A stretch of 45,276 bases of DNA, taken from NCBI GenBank assembly GCA_964577095.1, contig CAZNXX010000004.1, positions 1-45,276 of the forward strand, given 5' to 3'. Numbering within the stretch: the stretch's first letter is position 1; the number at the start of each line of letters is the position of its first letter. A program made the position numbers and the translations under genes. The DNA is from an uncultured bacterium (GTDB lineage: Bacteria; Zhuqueibacterota; QNDG01; DTFT01). Shown here one piece after another: positions 40,563-45,276 of the stretch. The notes beneath the pieces were generated by a model. It saw nothing but the letters and a program-made list of their open reading frames with translations. It did not search any database and had not been told where the DNA came from.

Positions 40563-42659
40563 CTATGGATTGCTCACCGCATTGAAATCCAACGTCACCG
40601 CGGCGATCCGTGTCATGGCTCTGCCCACGAGTGAAGCGCCATTTTGCATCGTGACGGATTGATCCGCCATGATGGTTCCCTTCATCGCGGCCGTGGTTCC
40701 GATCGTCGCCGAGGTGCCGACCTGCCAGAAGACATTCTTCGCCTGCGCACTGCCTGCCAGTATCACCTGGCGACCGGACGTCACTGTGAGCGACGACGGG
40801 ATCTGGAAGATGAAAACGCCTTCCGAATTGCCCTGTGCGTCGAGAGTCAGGTCTCCGGACGAGATGGCCAGTGTGGAAGTGGAAGTATAGACTCCGGGAG
40901 TGAGAGTCTGTCCTCCGATGTTCCCAGATACTGTGGCACCGGGAGCCCGTCCAGCCGCGTCGTTATAGGCGCTCGTCAGACAGGATTTTGCGTTATTGGC
41001 TTCCGTATCATTGATGCGTATCGTCCCGTTCACGATTCCGGGCGGGAATCCGGTCACTGAGCTACCCGGACTCAGCCCGAGATCACCATTCACAATGGTA
41101 TTGCCGGTATTGGTCACAGTCGAACCGGCCAGAATCGGGAAACCGGAAGCGCATCCAAGATTCACCATAGCGGGTCCTGGAGGAGGCAGGGCAGCGCCGG
41201 TGGTAAATTGCCACACATAGTCGCTGGCCAGAGCATTGCCCGCGAGATCCCTGGCTCCGGTTGTAATCGTCGCCGTATAGGTGGTGTTGGGCTCAAGATC
41301 GGATTCAGGCACAAATGTTCCACCCGTACCCGCGTAGGATACCGCTCCGGATACCGGTGTATTCCCCTGTTTTAATGTAAATGTGAGTGAGTTCATCGTC
41401 AGGGGATCCATCGCCTCGCTGAAGAATGCCGTGACGAACTTGTTCAAAGGCACGCCTGTGGCGTTATTCACCGGATCCGTGGAAATGACTGTGGGTCGAA
41501 CGGCATCCGGTGCATCACCCGTGGTAAAGCTCCACACATAGTGATCGGCCATGGCGTTGCCTGCGAGGTCCCTGGCTCCGGTGGTGATCGTTGCCGTATA
41601 GGTGGTGTTGGCGGTCAGATTGCTGGTCGGCGAAAAGGTTCCGGTCCTCCCCACATAAATGACCGTACCCGATACCGGCGTGGATCCCTGTTTCAAGGTA
41701 AATGTCGCCGTGGTAATCGTCACCGGATCCATCGACTCACTGAAGGTTGCGGTGATTCTCTTGTTTACAGCCACGCCCGTGGCGTTGTTCACAGGATCGG
41801 TTGAAATCACCATGGGCCGGGTGAGATCCTGAGCCGCGCCCGTGGTAAATCTCCATACATAATTATTGGCCATGGCGTTTCCGGCGAGGTCTTCAGCTCC
41901 GGTGGTAATCGTGGCCGTAAAGAGTGTGATGGGGGCGAGGGGGTTTGCGGGGGAAAATGTCGCGACCAGACCGACATACGTGACTGAGCCCGAAACCTCG
42001 GTGTCCCCTTGCTTCAGGGTAAATGTGGACGCGGTGATCGTCAACGGATCCATCGCTTCACTGAAGGTTGCGGTGATTTTCTTGTTGAGAGCCACGCCCG
42101 TGGCGTTATTCAACGGGTCTGTCGAAATAACAACGGGCCGAGTGACATCCGGAGCCGTGCCCGCGGTAAAGTTCCACACATAGTTGTTTTCCATGACGTT
42201 TCCCGCAAGATCCGTAACACCGTTGGTAATGGTCGCCGTGTAGGTGATGTTGGCAGAAAAATTGCCCGCAGGTTTGAAGGTTGCGACCAGGCCTGTATAG
42301 GTAACGGTTCCGGATATCGGCCTGGTACCCTGCTTGACGGTGAATGTGGACGTATTGATCGATGACGGGGCCATGGGTTCACTGAATGTGGCGCTGACAG
42401 CCGTGTTGATTGCCACATTTGTGGCAGTGTGGAATGGGATCGTGGAACTCACCGTGGGCGCGGTTTTATCCGAGCCCCCTGTAATTTTCGATCCATCCCA
42501 GATGCCGCATCCCGCCATGAGGATCATGAAAAGCATGGCCATGAGGATTGCCCCGGTGACATTGCGAAGATGGCCGAACAACCGCCTTTTCCCGGTTTTC
42601 CTTTGGGGGTCCGCGAACCGGACTTTTTCGGTTTTATTATCCTTTGAATTTGTATTCAT
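40563..42659 (-). CDS. Lipoprotein with four SbsA/Big_5-type Ig-like repeats and a C-terminal DUF3494 (ice-binding-like) beta-solenoid domain
   Basis: ATG 42659, basic N-terminus, and lipobox LMAGC. Four repeats of ~105 aa (D.TRP.VISTDP.NNATGV...TATITTGA.DLAGNA...YVW.FTTG). The C-terminal ~200 aa (ILAGSTVTNTGNT.VNGDLGLSPGSSVTGFPPG...VFWQVGSSAT-like) are typical of DUF3494. Confidence 0.85.
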   Translation of the reverse strand: MNTNSKDNKTEKVRFADPQRKTGKRRLFGHLRNVTGAILMAMLFMILMAGCGIWDGSKITGGSDKTAPTVSSTIPFHTATNVAINTAVSATFSEPMAPSSINTSTFTVKQGTRPISGTVTYTGLVATFKPAGNFSANITYTATITNGVTDLAGNVMENNYVWNFTAGTAPDVTRPVVISTDPLNNATGVALNKKITATFSEAMDPLTITASTFTLKQGDTEVSGSVTYVGLVATFSPANPLAPITLFTATITTGAEDLAGNAMANNYVWRFTTGAAQDLTRPMVISTDPVNNATGVAVNKRITATFSESMDPVTITTATFTLKQGSTPVSGTVIYVGRTGTFSPTSNLTANTTYTATITTGARDLAGNAMADHYVWSFTTGDAPDAVRPTVISTDPVNNATGVPLNKFVTAFFSEAMDPLTMNSLTFTLKQGNTPVSGAVSYAGTGGTFVPESDLEPNTTYTATITTGARDLAGNALASDYVWQFTTGAALPPPGPAMVNLGCASGFPILAGSTVTNTGNTIVNGDLGLSPGSSVTGFPPGIVNGTIRINDTEANNAKSCLTSAYNDAAGRAPGATVSGNIGGQTLTPGVYTSTSTLAISSGDLTLDAQGNSEGVFIFQIPSSLTVTSGRQVILAGSAQAKNVFWQVGTSATIGTTAAMKGTIMADQSVTMQNGASLVGRAMTRIAAVTLDFNAVSNP
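41190..42470 (-). repeat. Four tandem ~315-bp coding repeats (Ig-like domains)
   Basis: The repeats share long identical nucleotide runs (for example AACGCCACGGGCGTGGCT and ATCACCGCAACCTTCAGTGA). Boundaries are approximate. Confidence 0.8.
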
Positions 42660-42750
42660 TTGATCTTCTCTCTTTTTTAATCGATTGAACCAGTTCGGTC
42701 CCATCGTATTTCGATACCGATTCAGGAGGACTGGTGCTTTCCGGTTCAAG

Positions 42751-43014
<264 letters not shown>

Positions 43015-43074
43015 CTATCTCTCAGCCGACTCACTGAAAAGTCGATTTGGACGAGGCGTCGCACCATCCGCGGG

Positions 43075-43332
43075 TCAGCGTCTTCGTCCGGCGAGGGTCC
43101 TGATCAAGAACAGAAGAATCAGCGCCCCGACAATCGCCGCGATGAGCAGACCCAGAATGCCGGCGCTGGATATGTTGAGCTGACCGAACAGCCAGACTCC
43201 GATGAAGGCGCCCGCCACGCCGACGACCAGATCCCCCAGAAGGCCGAATCCCCTGCCCTTCCAGATGTGTCCGGCCAGGAATCCCGCCAGAACTCCAACC
43301 GCCAAAAAGATCAGCAGATGTTCCGTGCTCAT
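43075..43332 (-). CDS. GlsB/YeaQ/YmgE-family stress-response membrane protein
   Basis: 85 aa with LAVGVLAGFLAG...GDLVVGVAGAFIGVWLF...IVGALILLFL. AAAGGAGA upstream. Confidence 0.9.
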   Translation of the reverse strand: MSTEHLLIFLAVGVLAGFLAGHIWKGRGFGLLGDLVVGVAGAFIGVWLFGQLNISSAGILGLLIAAIVGALILLFLIRTLAGRRR

Positions 43333-43370
43333 GGTGTTTTCTCCTTTGAATAGGAATGTTTTGCCGTTTT

Positions 43371-43383
43371 GAACCGCGTTTTG
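43371..43383 (-). promoter_or_regulatory. Motif variant (plus strand GAACCGCGTTTTG) upstream of the glsB-like gene
   Basis: The GGTTC end is 38 nt upstream of ATG 43332. See the motif finding. Confidence 0.3.
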
Positions 43384-43485
43384 TTTTTCGACCCCGTTCT
43401 CTTTGTCCTGAGTCGACCGCCGGATTCGACTGCCGGTCTCTCTCTTGCGCCCCTTATTTCTTGAATGCCCGCATGATCTTCTCCT

Positions 43486-44214
43486 CTATTTTTCAACCGG
43501 AGATCCGCCGGATAGGATCATGGCGATTCGATCGAGAGAAACCAGCGAGCCGCTTTTGAGGAAAATCACGTTACCGCCCGTCTGCAGAACTCTTTCGATG
43601 ACCACGTCCACCACGTCATCGATGACTTCCCGGAGATTGACATGCCTGGATACAACCGGCAGACGATCCGTTTTTCGAATGCTCCCTCTCACGTGATAAT
43701 CCTCTTCAACGTACAGGATCGAACCTTCGTCCGTGTCAATTGCCTCGATGACTGCCTGGATTCCAAAAACGACTTTTTCCCTTTTACCCGCCGCTTCCAG
43801 ATCGCGGATCGCGTTTTTATCGGTACCGGCGATCAACTCCTTGACGACCGGCCAGACGATCTTTCCCAAATCATGGTTCGATGTCAGCGCGTACTCCCCT
43901 TCAACACAGCCGATGAATGAGCCCAGATGGGTGGTCAGGGTTTTATATTGATTCTGCAGACCCATCGCACCGACCAACACCCATCGAAGCGGATCCTGCA
44001 GGTGATAATGAGTGAATCGGCTGTCGGTCTGTCTGATGAATTCCTGCCTGCGGCTGCCGCCGCTGGCTTCACGGGAGGCGCCGGCGTCATTGACCGGGAT
44101 TTCAAACGGGAAACGGGAGTCCTGTATGTCAATGAGTCTGTCTCGAAATCCTTCGTACAATCGACTGGTCCGCTCATTCAAGGACAAAACATAGTAATGG
44201 ATGCTGGGCTGCAT
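43486..44214 (-). CDS. eRF1/Pelota-like (bacterial aeRF1, 'baeRF'-type) protein, 242 aa
   Basis: The central region WVLVGAMGLQNQYKTL and the C-terminal VVFGIQAVIEAIDTDEGSILYVEEDY...VIERVLQTGGNVIFL resemble eRF1 domains 2 and 3. The call is inferred by eye, and the Shine-Dalgarno is weak. Confidence 0.55.
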   Translation of the reverse strand: MQPSIHYYVLSLNERTSRLYEGFRDRLIDIQDSRFPFEIPVNDAGASREASGGSRRQEFIRQTDSRFTHYHLQDPLRWVLVGAMGLQNQYKTLTTHLGSFIGCVEGEYALTSNHDLGKIVWPVVKELIAGTDKNAIRDLEAAGKREKVVFGIQAVIEAIDTDEGSILYVEEDYHVRGSIRKTDRLPVVSRHVNLREVIDDVVDVVIERVLQTGGNVIFLKSGSLVSLDRIAMILSGGSPVEK

Positions 44215-44565
44215 GTCGGTTCTCTATTTTGGACGATTGCTTCTTTTTGCGGATACGGGAAACCCTTTCGGCGGGGCTCTCCCGACCGGCATTTTCATGC
44301 CCATAGTTACTCATACGCAACCGCAAAAACAATCGACCAAAGGATTGAAAAGGGAGCTAATTCATTGGATCAATGCGGGATGCATCCTGCGGTCAATTCC
44401 GAACGGACGGATCGCATCAGGGGAGGGTATTCACTTGAAATTAAAGGAATCAGGCGGAAATGGTGCGGGCGGTGACAGAAGCGGTTTGTCTGAGGAGAGG
44501 TCCTGGAATCGGCAGGGGTGGATCGATGATCGCGCGGCGCTCAGTGGATCGTGCGGCGAATCGGA

Positions 44566-45222
44566 TCAGCCGGATCCATCCTTGCGGACAAACGCGGCTA
44601 TCTGCAGGCGGGTGTTGAGCTCCAGTTTTTCCAGAATGTTATGCACATGGCTCTTGACCGTGAAAGTGGCGATGTTCAGGCGTTCGGCGATTTCCTTGTT
44701 GCTCAGGCCCTCCGCGATCAGACCGACGATTTCACGTTCGCGATTCGTAAACTGGATGGATTTGGAAGGGATCTCTTTTCCATCCCTGAGCGCGGTCTCT
44801 ATAATCTGACTGAACAGGGATTGGGTCATGCGCGGGGGAAGCACTTTCTCGCCGCCTGCGACGGTTTTTATCGTTTTTTTCCAATCATCCCAGGGGGCGT
44901 TCTTTAAAATGAATCCGGATCCCCCGGCTTTTACGAATTCGACGATGTCCACATGGTCGGGAAGGATATCCATTGCGATGACCTTCGCATCCGACACTTG
45001 TTCCTGAAGCTGGGACATCAATTTCAGGCTGTTCTCTTTTTCCAGACCGAGGTCCAGCAGAATGACATCGGGTTGTTTTTTCATCTTCTTCATCTGCTGC
45101 ACGGTCTCGCCGTCTTCGGATTGCGCGACGACCTCGAAATCGGCGTGTTTATTGAGCATGCCGGCGATGCCCTCACGAAGAAGGCGGTTATCCTCAATCA
45201 ATAATATCCGGATTTTACCCAT
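44566..45222 (-). CDS. NarL/FixJ(LuxR)-family response regulator
   Basis: Receiver domain (ILLIEDN, VILLDLGL) and C-terminal LuxR HTH (TNREREIVGLIAEGLSNKEIAERLNIATFTVKSHVHNILEKL). No kinase gene is present in the window. Confidence 0.93.
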   Translation of the reverse strand: MGKIRILLIEDNRLLREGIAGMLNKHADFEVVAQSEDGETVQQMKKMKKQPDVILLDLGLEKENSLKLMSQLQEQVSDAKVIAMDILPDHVDIVEFVKAGGSGFILKNAPWDDWKKTIKTVAGGEKVLPPRMTQSLFSQIIETALRDGKEIPSKSIQFTNREREIVGLIAEGLSNKEIAERLNIATFTVKSHVHNILEKLELNTRLQIAAFVRKDGSG

Positions 45223-45247
45223 AGAAAAGCCATCCCAAATTATTGAT

Positions 45248-45276
45248 AATTATGGAATTATGGAATTATGGAATTA
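45248..45276. repeat. Tandem octamer AATTATGG x3.6, truncated by the window end
   Basis: Read directly from the sequence. It lies 26-54 nt upstream of the response-regulator ATG. Confidence 0.85.

Noticed and set aside
41190-42470. Diversity-generating retroelement or phase-variation target in the Ig-like repeats
   Set aside because: There is no reverse transcriptase, template repeat or invertase in the window. The differences between repeats look like ordinary divergence.

Overview
This 45.3-kb bacterial segment comes from a diderm organism (OmpA-type proteins, lipoboxes, beta-barrel OMPs). A Desulfobacterota-like origin is only a guess. About 50 genes are called and all but one (the MFS transporter at the left edge) lie on the minus strand. 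The window has two compositional halves. (1) nt 1-26.8 kb is a GC-rich backbone, roughly 57-75% GC in hand-sampled 60-nt lines. It holds an LPS/heptose-type sugar module (HldC-GmhB fusion, N-acetyl-sugar amidotransferase), uvrC, and the conserved ffh-rpsP-KH-rimM-trmD-rplS block. It also holds an L-fucose/L-galactose module (GH95, LacI, mutarotase, GDP-mannose 3,5-epimerase, and a nucleotidyltransferase-GHMP kinase fusion), an orphan PqqD-like protein plus ABC exporter, csp, a B12-binding radical SAM enzyme followed by a small eRF1/Pelota-like protein, and a GT4-fusion/GH130 pair. (2) nt 27.0 kb to the window end is clearly lower in GC (roughly 33-58% in sampled lines). It is a strictly co-directional array of about 24 envelope/stress genes: CsbD, GlsB/YeaQ, two lmo0937-type, DUF3185-like and Thivi_2564-type small proteins, three OmpA_C proteins, three small beta-barrel OMPs, an M48 and a clostripain-like peptidase, and a DUF3494 ice-binding-like lipoprotein with four Ig-like repeats. 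A second eRF1-like protein and a NarL-type response regulator sit at its upstream end. I consider this island the best candidate for an undescribed system, together with the two eRF1-like genes and a recurring AACCGGTTC-type motif in the 5' regions of its genes and of csp. No rRNA, tRNA, CRISPR array, transposase or integrase was seen. Function calls rest on motif and family recognition by eye, not on database searches.
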